A DNA stretch of 64,000 nt from Octopus vulgaris. Taxonomy: Eukaryota. Shown in pieces: positions 1 through 16,032 of the stretch. The stretch is taken from assembly GCA_951406725.2 (NCBI GenBank), contig OX597839.1:992001-1056000 (forward strand). Direction: 5' to 3'. Each line of letters starts with the position of its first letter. Positions within the stretch are counted from its first letter, which is position 1. Position numbers and translations under genes: made by a program. The notes beneath the pieces were generated by a model that made no database searches, was not told the origin of the DNA, and worked only from the letters and a program-made list of their open reading frames with translations.

Positions 1-35
1 TATTTCTTTTGTGTTCAGCCCTTGTGGCCATAAAG

Positions 36-312
<277 letters not shown>

Positions 313-535
313 TAATTTTCATATATACGCAACAGATTAGACTGTTGGAAAAGAAAAAGTCTTAACATTGGGCTACGACAAGTTACCTTAGATGCCAAGG
401 ACCCTCCTAAGTATTCTAGCTGTCCCAAATAACACTGTTTTCTGGAGCTGTGCTGAACTGGGTTTTATTCTTATTTCCTGTATCCGTCTGTTCAAATCTT
501 TTGGAATAGTTCCCAATGCACCTATAACTAGTGCA
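313..535 (-). mobile_element. R4/Dong-type (RLE) non-LTR retrotransposon 3' fragment
   Basis: Mirror copy at 57410-57630 translates LVIGALGTIPKDL...QLQKTVLLGTARILRRVLGI*, a typical RLE C-terminus; abuts a (TAA)-type tract. Confidence 0.8.
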
Positions 536-554
536 CACACACTGCACTGGCACT

Positions 555-858
555 CCACCGATTACGACGACAAGTAATCCTATTGATCCGATCAACGAAA
601 CAACTTGCTCGTGAGATTAACGTGCGAGTTTCAGAGCACACCACATACACGCGTACCCCTTCACATACTTCTCAGGGAGATTCAGTGAGACAGTGTGTGA
701 CAAGGTTGGCCCCTTGAAACACAGGTACAACTCATTTTCGTCAGTGGACTGGAGTATCGTGAAATAAAGTGTGTTGTTCATGGACAAAGCGTGCCGCCGG
801 GAATCGAACTCGTTACCCAACGAGTTTAATAGCGTAACCACTAAACCACGCGCCTTCA
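555..858 (-). mobile_element. tRNA-derived SINE
   Basis: Minus strand begins GAAGGCGCGTGGTTTAGTGGTT (A box) then GAGTTCGATTCCC (B box); mirror at ~57082-57390. Confidence 0.8.
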
Positions 859-1012
859 CAAACACATACACACATATACACACACGCATAATACATATAT
901 ACATACATATATACATACATACATACCTATATATGTATACACACATGCACATATATGTATATATATTTATATATGTATATCTATCTATCTATCCATTTAT
1001 CTATCTCCCTAT

Positions 1013-1085
<73 letters not shown>

Positions 1086-1304
1086 AAGCACCTACTCCCA
1101 CAGGAAGTTCAATGTATCAATGTATTATCCAACAGTGAACATTGTCTGAAATATCTCCCAAGAAATTTCCATCGGAAGAAACACTCCAAATCTATTTTGT
1201 AGAAAGGAAGCAACAATCTAATCGTCAACAAAGGAGACTTTCACATGACCCAGACTATTTGTATCCTAGGCGTTTAACTTGTGTGTCTATATATATATAC
1301 ATAC

Positions 1305-1512
1305 ATACAGGAACTCGTGTGTACCGCGGGCGATTTTTTTCCTCTGTCTTCCCTTTTCTGGATCTTTCCTTCCCCTATGTTTCCGACGAAGAGCTCCGCT
1401 CGAAACGTTAAACCCTCCTTCTTTCCTTCTTTCCTGAGCGTCCAATAATACTACATTTGTTCCACGTCCTCGCGTTCTTGTGTTTTTATGTGCTTTCTTG
1501 TTTGGATTAACC

Positions 1513-1515
<3 letters not shown>
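1305..1515 (+). mobile_element. Short (TA)n-embedded element with a minimal hammerhead-like motif at 1379-1413
   Basis: GTTT-CCGACGA-A-GAGC tcc GCTC-GAAA-CG-TT-AAAC; U4C variant core; flanked by TA-rich tracts; mirror motif at 56553-56587 (-). Confidence 0.6.
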
Positions 1516-1604
<89 letters not shown>

Positions 1605-1780
1605 TTGTATGTATGTATATCCTCATTTCAAGTAGGTTTTCTTTTCTCTTCTCTTCAGCTCTGTGGTTAAACTCTTCCTTGCATTTACACCCTTACACTA
1701 AGTAGAAAAAACACTCATACTAAGGATAAACGGGAAAATGAACATAAAAATACCCTGTTTGTTATCACTCACAATCCCGG

Positions 1781-1852
<72 letters not shown>

Positions 1853-1929
1853 TAGTAATAATAATAATTATAAGGATTATAATAATTATAAGGATTATAA
1901 TAATTATAAGGATTATAATAATTATAAGG

Positions 1930-2013
<84 letters not shown>

Positions 2014-2014
<1 letters not shown>

Positions 2015-2463
2015 GGATGTGTTTATCAATTGACATGAGTATTCCCTGTGATCACAATATAGCAGCGAAATAATTTGACAAGATTAGTAAATATAAAGAC
2101 CTGCTAATGGAAATTGAAAAAATGTGGCGTCTCTAGACGACTACAGTACCAGTGATTGTAGGATCTCTAGGAATGATAAAAAAAGGTACTGAAACCTATT
2201 TGAAAATGATTCTAGGCTTACCATCCCTACATGAAGTGCAAAAAATCGTATTAACTGGAACGGCTCATGTACTGAGAAGAGCACTATCACTGTGAAAATA
2301 ACATCCATCCATGAATTTATTTATTTATTAATTTTTAAATACATATTTTATCTGTGAATTTGCGCGTGTAATCTGGGAATGCATACAATGATCTTCTCTG
2401 CCCGAGGTGTATGGAAAACACTCGGCGAGAAACGGAAGAAAATTTGAAGAAAGAAGGAAAAAA
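2014..2463 (+). mobile_element. R4/Dong-type LINE 3' fragment in (TAA)n
   Basis: CLSIDMSIP...KISKYKDL...VPVIVGSLG...LTGTAHVLRRAL motifs; (TAA)n on both sides; absent from the right arm. Confidence 0.85.
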
Positions 2464-2464
2464 C

Positions 2465-3966
<1,502 letters not shown>

Positions 3967-4013
3967 ATAATAATAATAATAATAATAATGATGATGATGA
4001 TGATGATGATGAT

Positions 4014-4083
<70 letters not shown>

Positions 4084-4145
4084 TTAATAATAATAATAAT
4101 AATAATAATGATAATAATAGTAATAATAATAATAATAATATTAAT

Positions 4146-4309
<164 letters not shown>

Positions 4310-4830
4310 TTGTTGTGACTCCCTTTGGTCATGAATGATCATGAGATTACACATAGAAAGTTACCCTCCGATGCACAAGTCTGGGCAAGGCTGTTAATGG
4401 AAGACCAGCACCCGCCCATGCTTACCAGCCTCCCCTCTCCACACTACTGATGTTATTCAAGAGAAAGGCAAAGGCCGATACAGCTTGGCACCAGTGACGT
4501 CACACCCCATTTATTAACGTGTAAGTGGCTGAGCACTCCACAGACACGTGTACCCCTAACGTAATTCTCAGAGAGATTCAGTGTGACACAGAGTGTGATA
4601 AGGCTGGCCCCTTCTGAATTACAGGTACAACATAAACAGGAAGAAAGAGTGAGAGAAAGTGTGGGGAAATAGTACAGCAGGGTTCACCACCATCCCCCGC
4701 CGGAGCCTCGTGGAGCTTTATCTGTGTTCGTTCAATAAACACTCACAATGTCCGGTCTGGAAATCAAAGACCGCGATCCTACTACCGCGACACAGCTGCC
4801 CTAACCACTGGACCATTGCCATTGCGCCTC
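4310..4830 (-). mobile_element. tRNA-derived SINE
   Basis: Minus strand head GGCGCAATGG..CCAGTGGTTAGGGCAG; the same head appears truncated at 13150-13185 and 44247-44282. Confidence 0.75.
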
Positions 4831-4833
4831 ATC

Positions 4834-4865
<32 letters not shown>

Positions 4866-4934
4866 AAACAACAACAACAACAACAACAATAATAATAATA
4901 ATAATATTAAAGCAAGTGGGAAAATAGCACATAC

Positions 4935-5090
4935 ACGCGGTAAACGGGGATCCCAAACTACAAGACCGTTTTTGTTGCACCTCAATGTTTCCTCATCAAC
5001 ACTTATTTTTACCATATCCCCTACATTTATCCCATTAGTAGAATCGGAACAACAACAAGACATTAAAACTCGTTTTACCTGCAAATTAAC
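4935..5090 (-). CDS. Exon encoding the first half of a Mind-bomb REP (SH3_15)-like repeat; MIB-like gene or pseudo-exon, left arm
   Basis: Acceptor ttgtttcag; ATG at 5063; MSCCCSDSTNGINVGDMVKISVDEETLRCNKNGLVVWDPRLPR; phase-0 donor GTATGT; resembles the REP pattern F.VGD.V.I..D.E.L...Q.GHG.W.P.M. Confidence 0.6.
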
Positions 5091-5372
5091 CTGAAACAAG
5101 AACAGCGATCTATTGTATCAAATTCATAACAAAGTGTATATATGTAGATCATAGATACATACATATATACAAACCTAACTGTCTAACCATTTTAATTAAT
5201 CACAAGATTACACACATGTTGAAATGATGATTTAAAGTGGTTAGAAGATTTAGCCTCTCTTTTCGGTATATAGGAAATATTTTTCTATGCCCTTCATTAT
5301 AATTATATATATGATTTTACCTTAATTGGTCTACTTTTATATGCTGGCCACTGATGAAATTTTAAATGATTT

Positions 5373-6772
5373 ATCACCTCTGCCAAGGAAGGAGGTTATG
5401 TTTTCATCGGCGTTGGTTTGTCCGTCTGTCCCTCCGTCTGCCCCTCTGTATACAAAATAACTCAAAAAATTTTGACCGGTATTTGATGAAATTCATAAGA
5501 AAAGTTGGTAATGACAGAAGGAATAGATGATGGAATTTTGGTAGTGATCCGGGAATTTTTATGGGTTCTTGAAGAATTTTACATTTGTTCTATTTATTTT
5601 ACATGAAGTATTACAATATTACGTTCTTTTACTTTCTCCCTTCAAAAATACGTTCATGGTTTTCACGTAACCTATGGTGGCGTTACTGTTTCCAAAGTTT
5701 ATTTTCGTTTCTCTATTAGTAATTTTACTCGCGTATCTATCTTCCTAGAAACTGATGGATAGAGAAATCAAACTCCCTAAACAAACGGCAGCGAAACAAT
5801 CCACACCAGTCCATCTGTTGTTCGTGAAATGGACTGGCTTCGACAGCAAACACCCTCTGAAACTTTGCCTTCTGCTTCTCCCACAGTTACTCATGGAGGA
5901 CTGCAGATCAGCCTGCTCAATATCATGGCCTTCTTTGAACATGAACAAGACTTGAAAGCGGACAACACTCTTCAAAATGTTGATGTGTTTTGTTTCGTGG
6001 AAATGTTCTTGAAGCAAAATCCTCATGAAGCATCCATCCTAACGTGGTCGAAGACCACTAGAGCAGGCAGGCATGCTGCACTGGGGCGTGGAGGTGGGGT
6101 GATGACTGTTTTCCAAGCAAATCGCCCCCACTGATATACATTTGAATGTCAATGGCTTAGAGTACACTGTTGTCGGGGTGACCATCTCGTCGACAAAAAT
6201 CAATATCATCACCATTTACAGATCTCCTTCCGTACAAGTTGCTCCTTCCTGCATCAACTTATAAGATCTTTGCCATGGAATAATCTGACCATCGTCCTTG
6301 GTGATTTCAACGTGAATCTTCTTGATTCCCCTAACCATGAGAACTTGGTAACTGTGAACCAGTTTGAATTCGACCAACTCGTCCAAAAACCCATCACCAA
6401 CTATGGAAGCCTGCTAGATCATGTTTACGTGAACCAGGATCGGCGTCCACAAGTCACCGTAACCTACCGTTACTTTTCTGACCATGATGTTGTGTGTGTA
6501 TCACTCAAGTTTTAGGTAATTGTTGTTCCTTTTTAGTTGTATGGTGACACTAGCTTGCTGTTGTCATTGATGTATTACTACTGCTTCAGATGATTCCTGT
6601 TTCTAGAAGGTTTTTTGTTAAAATCATATGGCTGTGTTATTTTGTTGTACCTCCACGAAGGTTATGTTTTTGCCGGCGTTGGTTTGGGAAATTGGACAAT
6701 TTACAGCATGCGTGTATATGGGTAGAAATGAGCTGCTTGGCGGAGGTCTGCGCTCTCGGAGAGCTTTTCTAA
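5373..6772 (+). mobile_element. Helentron (Helitron2)-like element with an AP-endonuclease remnant
   Basis: Subterminal IR ACCTCTGCCAAG / CTTGGCGGAGGT; 3' hairpin GCTCTC-G-GAGAGC; EEP motifs IVLGDFNVNLL, SLLDHVYVN, YFSDHD at 6270-6515. Confidence 0.75.
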
Positions 6773-6866
6773 TTATAATGTGAATAATTCCCATTCACTT
6801 ATCGGCTGTTCTGACCGAGCACACACGTGTTGAGGTAGGCTACGAAATTTGAAGAAGGGCTACGAA

Positions 6867-6868
<2 letters not shown>

Positions 6869-6897
<29 letters not shown>

Positions 6898-6953
6898 AAG
6901 AAGAAGAAGAAGAAGAAGAAGAAGAAGAAGAAGAAGAAGAAGAAGAAGAAGAA
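6869..6953. repeat. (GAA)n microsatellite
   Basis: Direct reading; (TTC)n mirror at ~52771-52871. Confidence 0.97.
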
Positions 6954-8120
6954 AGTTCCGCTCAATTACTTCTGTCTTTCATGATTTCTGGGTCGAAAAA
7001 GTAAGTACCAGTTTAGCACTAGGGTCGATGTAATTGACTATCACCCACCCCCAAAATTGCAGACTTTGTACTAAAAATTCAAACCAATATATTACAGAAC
7101 AATGAACAGCATATTTATCAGTCTCTATTTGCTACTAAGTTTGAAGTAATAGGTTTGTTGTTCCTGGAGTTGTTATTTTCTATGTTATTGAAATTTTGTT
7201 CAATAAGGTTTGTTCACTGGTTCTATTTTACCCTACAGTCTTCAAGATAGCAATACCCTTATTTGGAAGTTTTTTGGGGCTTTTTTTATAGATACCGATT
7301 TTTAATTTCTACCTTTGTAGCTATATGTTAAAACGATTTCGTTTATATTCGATGCTGGTGTTTGATTCACAGGCTGTGTTTAATGTTTTTAACGATGTTG
7401 ACAACTTCCGATAGCTTGATACTGTCCTGGTATCGAAACCATAGTAATATTATTTAGGCAGTTGATGATAGATGTATATAAATGCTTATAATTTGTTTAT
7501 CGTTATTTTTTGTTGTCCTTCACTCTCGCAAAGTTGAACGTATTTTGGGGTTCAGGGTCTATGGTGATTACATAGATTGATATTGTTTATCTTCAATAAT
7601 AGTCCGAAACTAGGAAAATACTTGATTGATGGTTTTTGAGGAATATGTGCGAGTGTGTGTGTGTGTGTGTGTGCACATATCTATTTATCAGCCGAAGAGA
7701 CACATTTGCATCGTTGAATGCTCCTGAACCTGTTGTTATGTATCTCAGCTGATGATCACTACTTATTACAGCTGCCATATCATTCTTGAATTTCTGTGAC
7801 TTGTAAAGCTACACGCTGTAAAATCAGGTAATTTCTTTCGAAATACCATGCAATGAATGACTTCTTAAATTGGAATTACCTCACCATCAATAATTTGCAT
7901 GCACACCCGGAGATAAAGTTACTTTTCAATCAACTTTTCTCTGTCGAGTCTGACTCTTAAAGAAAACGGGCCTGTCTAACATTTACTTCCTTTGTGCTGA
8001 GCCTATCAGCATCTTTCGGGTCCTGATGCTAGTTTACTTTCTTTTAGAAATTAAAACAGAATCAAACGTGATCTAAAAGCAAAAGAGATATGAGGAGAAA
8101 TAAAGGAATAAATAAGTTAC

Positions 8121-8290
8121 CTTAATGCGAGACAAGTGATTTGTTGCGTGGAAACGTTGGTTCTCTTCAGGACGGAACTTTGGCTCAGAACTTTGGCTCA
8201 GATACAGCAATGACTGTCTCTAAACGTTGTGTCAGAATGTGTTTACCTCTCTTCGCATATCGACTTATATGTGTTTCTTAGGAATGAGGA
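8121..8290 (-). other. Possible 5' non-coding exon upstream of the MIB-like exon
   Basis: Non-repetitive-looking sequence conserved in both arms, ending in donor ATTAAG|GTAACT (mirror 51470/51471); 5' boundary unknown. Confidence 0.25.
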
Positions 8291-8429
8291 AGAGTGGTAG
8301 TAAGAGAAGATCGAACAGTGAAGGAGTTGTTGAGAAAATGTTATTGCATCTTGCTGGTTATTGTTCTCCTGGGTGTTGTTTTGCTGGAGATTTTGTGTCA
8401 CCCACGCTTAGATACGTCAAATACCCATA

Positions 8430-8500
<71 letters not shown>

Positions 8501-8511
8501 TCACACACAAA

Positions 8512-8572
<61 letters not shown>

Positions 8573-8955
8573 GTATATGCTTGTATATATATATATATAT
8601 ACAGCAAGAAAAAAATGGAGGGGATACACAATTAGTATGCATCAACTGTTAGCCATGTTAGCCTTTATATTATGTCTATTTATTTATTTAAAACAATTAT
8701 GAGAATATATATACATGTGTAACGATTGTGTTTTACATATATAAAGTACTAGTAATTACTTCAATAGAGGAATAAGAACACCTGGTTCTGCCAAGATGTC
8801 ACAGTACTCCACATGTTAGTTCCATCGTAGTTATTGTTAGATAAACGTAGGGTACTTGGGTGTGCCTATAGGCTTCGTCAGAGAGTTTAGATGAGGGTCT
8901 AAAGAGTTCAGAGAGCTAACTTATGTATATATAAATATACATATACACACTCCCA

Positions 8956-9005
<50 letters not shown>

Positions 9006-9194
9006 CACACATATATATATATATATAAACATATATGCATATACGCATGTACACACATACAACAAAATCAGTTATAAGTAGGTATAGTGCAATATGCTTA
9101 TATATATGTATATATATATTTATATATACATATATATATAATGTTATTTTCAATCACTTCAAATGTTTCTATACGGCATTGTCCTTCATATATA

Positions 9195-9372
9195 CAGGTA
9201 TTAGATTATGCAACCGTTTACTTGTATGATAGGATCGTTGTATTTTCTCAGGAGATATTCAACTGCTGTGTCCGTTAGTTTAAATAAAAACGGCGACTGC
9301 AATTGAGTATCACCTGAAGAAATACAACTGGATCCCCTTTTGCAATTAAACGGTTGCGTAATCAAATACCTG
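9195..9372. mobile_element. Tc1/mariner-type MITE
   Basis: TIRs CAGGTATTAGATTATGCAACCGTTTA / TAAACGGTTGCGTAATCAAATACCTG with TA flanks; mirror at 50257-50434. Confidence 0.75.
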
Positions 9373-9409
9373 TATATATGAAGAACTATACCACATGGAA
9401 ACGTGTACT

Positions 9410-9806
9410 CTTTCCTCATTTACTTGTTTCAGTCACTTGACTGCGGCCATGCTGGAGCACCGCCTGTAATCAAGCCACTCGACCCCGGGACTTATACTTT
9501 TGTAAGCCCAGTATTTATTCTATCGGTCAATTTTTGCCGAACCGCTAAGTGACGGGGACATAAACACACCAGCATCGGTTGTCAAGCAATGCTAGGGGGA
9601 CAAACACAGACACAGAAACACACACACGCATATATATACATATATACAACGGGCTTCTTTCGGTTTCCGTCTACCAAATCCACTCACAAGGCTTTGGTCG
9701 GCCCGAGGCTATAGTAGAATATACTTGCCCAAGGTGCCACGCAGTGGGACTGAACCCGGAACCATGTCGTTGGTAAACAAGGTACTTAACACACAGCCAC
9801 TCCTGT
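9410..9806 (-). mobile_element. Abundant Octopus-type SINE with an internal (TG) tract
   Basis: Head CAGGAGTGGCTGTGTG...GGTTCAGTCCCACTGCGTGGCACC; tail GCTCCAGCATGGCCGCAGTCAAGTGACTGAAACAAG; relatives at 26000-26385, 37670-38055 and 49823-50220. Confidence 0.85.
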
Positions 9807-10094
9807 GTAGTGATTAAAAAAATAACTATCTAACCGTGCTCCTTCTTGATCACTATATCGTATATATTTCTATTTTCACACACGACGAATGGAAGTATAT
9901 CGTAATGCTACCGACTCTTCGGTAACTCTGACGGTGAACGAGCTCTATAATGTTCTCTGCTACGTTCCTAGTGGAAAGTGGAATATGTCTTACATATACA
10001 TACATACATACATACATACATACATACATACATACATACATACATACATACATACATACATACATACATACTTACATACACATATATATACATA

Positions 10095-10196
<102 letters not shown>

Positions 10197-10433
10197 TTAA
10201 GAGTAGAAATCAATATTTATCAATTAAAACTAGTGGTCTAGCATATTAAAAAAGAATCCGAAGGTTAAATCTTTATATATACCAATTAAGGACTGAATAC
10301 GAAAAAGTGGACACTCAACATGCTAGATATAGACGTCAAATCGCCATTCTCCACAAAAGATTATGTTCTCAGATCAAACTCAACACCAACCCAAGCAATA
10401 AACAAGTGAAAATATACGAAAAACAATACTTAT

Positions 10434-10498
10434 CCATGTACTGAATCAGTTTCCACTATTATTATCCGTAAGGATACCTGTAGTCTTCGTCAGCATGG
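10434..10498 (-). ncRNA. Type I hammerhead ribozyme
   Basis: CCATG-CTGACGA-[stem II with ACTA/TAGT and TATCC/GGATA]-GAAA-CTGattCAG-TA-CATGG; GUA cleavage triplet; stem II closing pair imperfect. Confidence 0.75.
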
Positions 10499-10968
10499 CC
10501 GATATAAATGCAATCTGCTGAACTAGATGCAAAAAACGATACCGGAGTATCATCATGTGCGTAAAGTTCAACCAATTACCTTCGAATGTATATTTCAAAT
10601 GCCTTCCACCTTGGCGCGTTGAGACCCGAAGAAAATAGCCTGCAGCTAATAATTAGCAGCAGTCAATTTATCGGTTAGAGAACATATTTAATCTTCGGAT
10701 TCTTTTTTAATATGCTAGACCACTGGTTTTAATTGATAAATATCGATTTCTACCCTTAATTAATTTTATAAAAAAATAAATATGTTCTCTAACCGATAAA
10801 TTGACTGCTGCTAATTATTAGCTGCAGGCTATTTTCTTCGGGTCTCAACGCGCCAAGGTGGAAGGCATTTGAAATACACATTCGAATGTAATTGGTTGAA
10901 CTCTACGCACATGATGATACTCCGGTATCGTTTTTTGCATCTAGTTCAGAAGATTGCATTTATATCGG

Positions 10969-11033
10969 CCATGCTGAAGAAGACTACATGTATCCTTACG
11001 GATAATAATAGTGGAAACTGATTCAGTACATGG
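10969..11033 (+). ncRNA. Type I hammerhead ribozyme
   Basis: CCATG-CTGAAGA-...-GAAA-CTGattCAG-TA-CATGG; the two copies differ at the free N7 position. Confidence 0.75.
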
Positions 11034-11183
11034 ATAAGTATTGTTTTTCGTATATTTTCACTTGTTTGTTGCTTGGGTTGGTGTTGAGTTTGATCTGAGA
11101 ACATAATCTTTTGTGGAGAATGGCGATTTGACGTCTATATCTAGCATGTTGACTGTCCACTTTTTCGTGTTCAGTCCTTAATT

Positions 11184-11238
<55 letters not shown>

Positions 11239-11265
11239 ACATATATATATGTATATATATATATG

Positions 11266-11336
<71 letters not shown>

Positions 11337-11738
11337 TTATTTATTTATGTACACACAAACGCATACTGTCTGCGGTGGGTAAATTGTCGCCATTTATATT
11401 TTTAGTTTGGCGCATGCGTATTGATTGCTTTTGTTTTTTGTGGACTACACAGTATAGCAGGTTCTGTTGTGAGAAACACAGCACCATGACATAATTTATT
11501 CACTCAGCAATTAAGAAACGACATGCTGTACTGCTTGGCATTCACGCCAGAAGATCCAATACGAATATTTCATAGTATATGGCTGTCAAACCGAGGACAA
11601 TGCAGAGGATTTGGAAAGAATTGGATGAGCCTAATGGTGATTACGAAGTTTTTTTGAGTGATCAGAACTTTAGAGCATCAAGTATTTAGATAATCTTACT
11701 TAAGATAACCTTACTGCGTGGCGTTCAATCATATAATA

Positions 11739-11825
<87 letters not shown>

Positions 11826-11830
11826 GTAGT

Positions 11831-11880
<50 letters not shown>

Positions 11881-11882
<2 letters not shown>

Positions 11883-13059
11883 TAGCAAACGCACCCTTCC
11901 TTTGGACGGTTTAAGTTGCTTTCGTGGTATTTTTTTTCACCAAATAATTGAACTACCGAGACGGTTTATGTGTAGGATGGTACTCTGTTTCCGATTAACC
12001 TAGGAACGGAAAATCAAATTGAAGTCTGGTTATTGTGTAGGTCGTTGCACTGTGATTATCATAGAACATATAAGTTTGCAAGTGATGTAAACTAGAGCTA
12101 CTGAAGTGTTTTGGGAGTAGATTACGGATAATGACTAGAAAATATAGTTGTTTTACATGAAAGCGAAATTTCTTATCAGCCACATGAATGGTGTAAGGAA
12201 TTTGAAGGAAGATGTTGAAACTTCCCCTCTGCGAGTTTATTTTTTTCAGCAGCATATGGAGCAATTTTTTTCGGTGAGCAGAGCTAACAAAAGCCACTTT
12301 ATTCTATCTTCCCACATAGTGTGCACACAAACTAACAGTGAATGCTGTTTGGAGCTTCCTGAAAGATACGTATAGCTTTCACTAGTGGTTGATTCTTTGG
12401 GACGAATCATATGTGAGTGTTTAGAAAAGGCTAGAATGACAATGCTAAAACATATTTGAAACAATGGATAGCAGTCGAAATATCATAGTGGATGGGTAAA
12501 GAAGCATCCTTAAAGTGAAGCAACGGTATCAAAGGTAAAAAAAAGGAATCAACAATCAGAAGAGGGGGAAGGGAACATCACTTTTCAAGTAACTCAGAAT
12601 AGGTAAAGGTAAGCTTGTCTTGGTATTGGATATTCATCACGTATAGTTTTCATAGTCAACTGAATCACCGTCGTATGAGGACAACAGAAATAAATAGACG
12701 AAATCGTTTCACTTTTATAAAAAGTTTTAAAAGAAAATGCGGGCAAAAAGCACTCGTTTTTTCACAATGAAAAATCGTTTCCTAGTAGCCGAATTTCGCG
12801 ACAAAATGTATGTTTATTAAGCACAAAAGCCTGTAGTGCATCGTGCTGGGCATTAAAAGCCAATCGCACAAATCTGGAGCGATAAAAATCACTTTTTGCC
12901 ATAGCAACCACATCTTTATAGCTTGCGAATTTTAACCACCGCGGGTCTCATCCTCACCACGCATTTAGCATCCCTGCCAATTTTCAGCTCGATCTTAGCC
13001 TCGGTTTGACCACCATTAACCGTCAAAGCAAAATGTGCATACAAGTTTAGTCTAAGGAC

Positions 13060-13070
<11 letters not shown>
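11881..13070 (+). mobile_element. Non-autonomous Helitron/HINE-like element
   Basis: Starts ACTAGC...CCC(G/T)TCCTTTGGACGG hairpin, has a CCAATTTTCAGCTCGATC block and ends TTTTATATAT; mirror at ~45925-47111. Confidence 0.5.
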
Positions 13071-13148
<78 letters not shown>

Positions 13149-13565
13149 GTGGAGGCGCAATTGCCTAGTGGTTAGGGCAGCAAACTCACGTGATCACGTG
13201 ATATATACATATATATATATATATACATATATATAAATACATACTCACATATATATAGGTATATATGTATATACATATATGTATGTGTGTGTGTGTGTAG
13301 AGGGTGTACATATATGTATGTATATACGCATATATATTATTGTTTTTAATATATATTATTATGTCACTGAACGCTACCATTCATTTCGAAGTAAGTTTAT
13401 CTTAATAATTTCGATGCGACTTTGATACTGTTCTCTCTCTCACCCCGTTTTGTTTTCTCTCTCTTCCTTTCTCTAATCCTTTTTTGTCCCCCACAGGCTT
13501 TTGGTTTTTCTTTCATCCCTTCTCTTGTTCCTTTTTCTCCCGTTCACCGTTTTCTATCCGTCTGC

Positions 13566-13596
<31 letters not shown>

Positions 13597-14109
13597 CTCA
13601 CACGTGGTCATCGTCCATCTTTCTTTTCTTCAATCTGTCATCGTCCATCTTTCTTTTCCTCTATCTCTCTGCCTCTCTCTGTCTCTCTCACTCTCTCTCT
13701 CGTTGCTCACACGTGGTCATCGTACACCTTTCTTTTCTTCAATCAGACTAGACACATTCTTATGTGTCTTCTCTCCTATCTTTTCGCCTGTCAAAGAATA
13801 TTCCTCCAGCGTTCGCTCTCTGACTTCGTTGTGGGCAAAAAGCGTACAGATCGTTTTTGTCAACGCTCAGATAACAACTTGGCTTTCTGTCCTCAGAAAC
13901 CACAAAAAACTTTGTGCCTTTTTGTTGGCTATATAAAGCCCTGGATAGCCTCGAAACTTTACTGGTCTGCTTATATTTGTAGCTGCTCCACTATGGTTTT
14001 CTCTTCGAAATCTTTTCTAAAACTCTCAAAGAAATGAGGGGTGTCTGAACACCTATGTTATCGTACTATGTTATCATTACCAAATCCAAAATAGACAAGC
14101 CATATAGAT

Positions 14110-14793
<684 letters not shown>

Positions 14794-15550
14794 TTTTAAT
14801 TATTAACCTCTGGGGCTTCATATCAAAGATTGGGGATAGCAAAACGCAATACGATACAAAAAGAAAGGGATTGAGGCGCTTAAAAACAGAATCACCATAC
14901 AATTTACAACAATTAGAATGCCCCCATTTCTTATTTTACGTAATTTCTTGTTATTATAAACAACTTTTGTGCAAACAGGAAGATTTCTCAATGTGAGTTA
15001 GAAACTGGTTTCGGTTGTGGTAGTATATTTTAATATTTTAGATCACAGAAGAATAAAACTGTTGAATAAATAAGTCCTTTCATTTATGATTTCTATAGCT
15101 TGTATTCAAAGTTCATATGAGCATTGACCTATATGAATGCCTGTGTACGTACATATAGTATGTATGTATGTATGTATGTATGTATGTATGTATATATGTA
15201 TGTATGTATGTATACATGCATGCATGCATGTATGTATGTATCTATGCATTATGCATTATGTATGTATGCATGCATATATGTATGAATGTATGCATACATG
15301 CATGTATGTATATATGTATATATATATATATATTTATATATAGGTATATATAATTATATACAGGTATATATATATATATAGGTATATATATATACCTATA
15401 TATATACGTACATATAGTATGTATGAGTGCATGTATGTATGTATGTACGTATGTATCTATGCATTATGTATGCATGCATGTATATATGTATGTATGTATG
15501 TATGCATACATGCATGTATGTATATATGTATATATATATATATATATATG

Positions 15551-15615
<65 letters not shown>

Positions 15616-15616
15616 T

Positions 15617-16032
15617 TAAAGCATCTTCCCTTTACTTAGCATTCAAACTGCACTGTAGTAAACAAGTTGACCATACTCTGATTCAAGTCCTTTTAAGAAG
15701 TTTAAACTGGCGTCGTGCACATTTCGGCCAAATGCCGCTGAGTTTCCCGTGTTTCTGCAGTTGTTATTGGCATTTAGTGACATAGTGCCCCACTTTCTAA
15801 GAGTTGTGGCATACCGCCGAAGTAGGCAATGCAGTCCATCCTGTGTTTCGGACTGCCATCCATTCCAAACAGTTGGGCGAAGTGCTGCTGAAACACCGCC
15901 ACACATCTGCTTGGGCCCGTGTCCTATGCGCACATTTTGATCAACAAAACACCGAAATGTGGCTTAGATGACATGTTGCACCCCTGCCACTCGAGTAGTT
16001 TTCAACCCCTCTTCTTTAAGAGCTTGCAAATT
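15617..16032 (-). mobile_element. hAT (SPIN/Buster/Charlie-like) transposase fragment
   Basis: Mirror ORF reads RQF...[27 protein letters not shown], matching the hAT motif LxxxYGxLxYxxEVRWLSxGxxL. Confidence 0.75.

Noticed and set aside
780-858. tRNA genes at A/B-box motifs
   Set aside because: No complete cloverleaf; these are SINE heads
7400-7450. Hammerhead-like GATAC/GTATC-GAAA hairpin
   Set aside because: The core reads C(C/T)GATAG and there is no stem I pairing; at best a relic
8294-8420. Hydrophobic ORF resembling a signal anchor ([19 protein letters not shown])
   Set aside because: No in-frame ATG (stop just upstream), runs into (TA)n and has no clear donor
8862-8890. CTGACGA-AGCCTATAGGC on the minus strand
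   Set aside because: No GAAA, stem III or closing stem I follows; truncated
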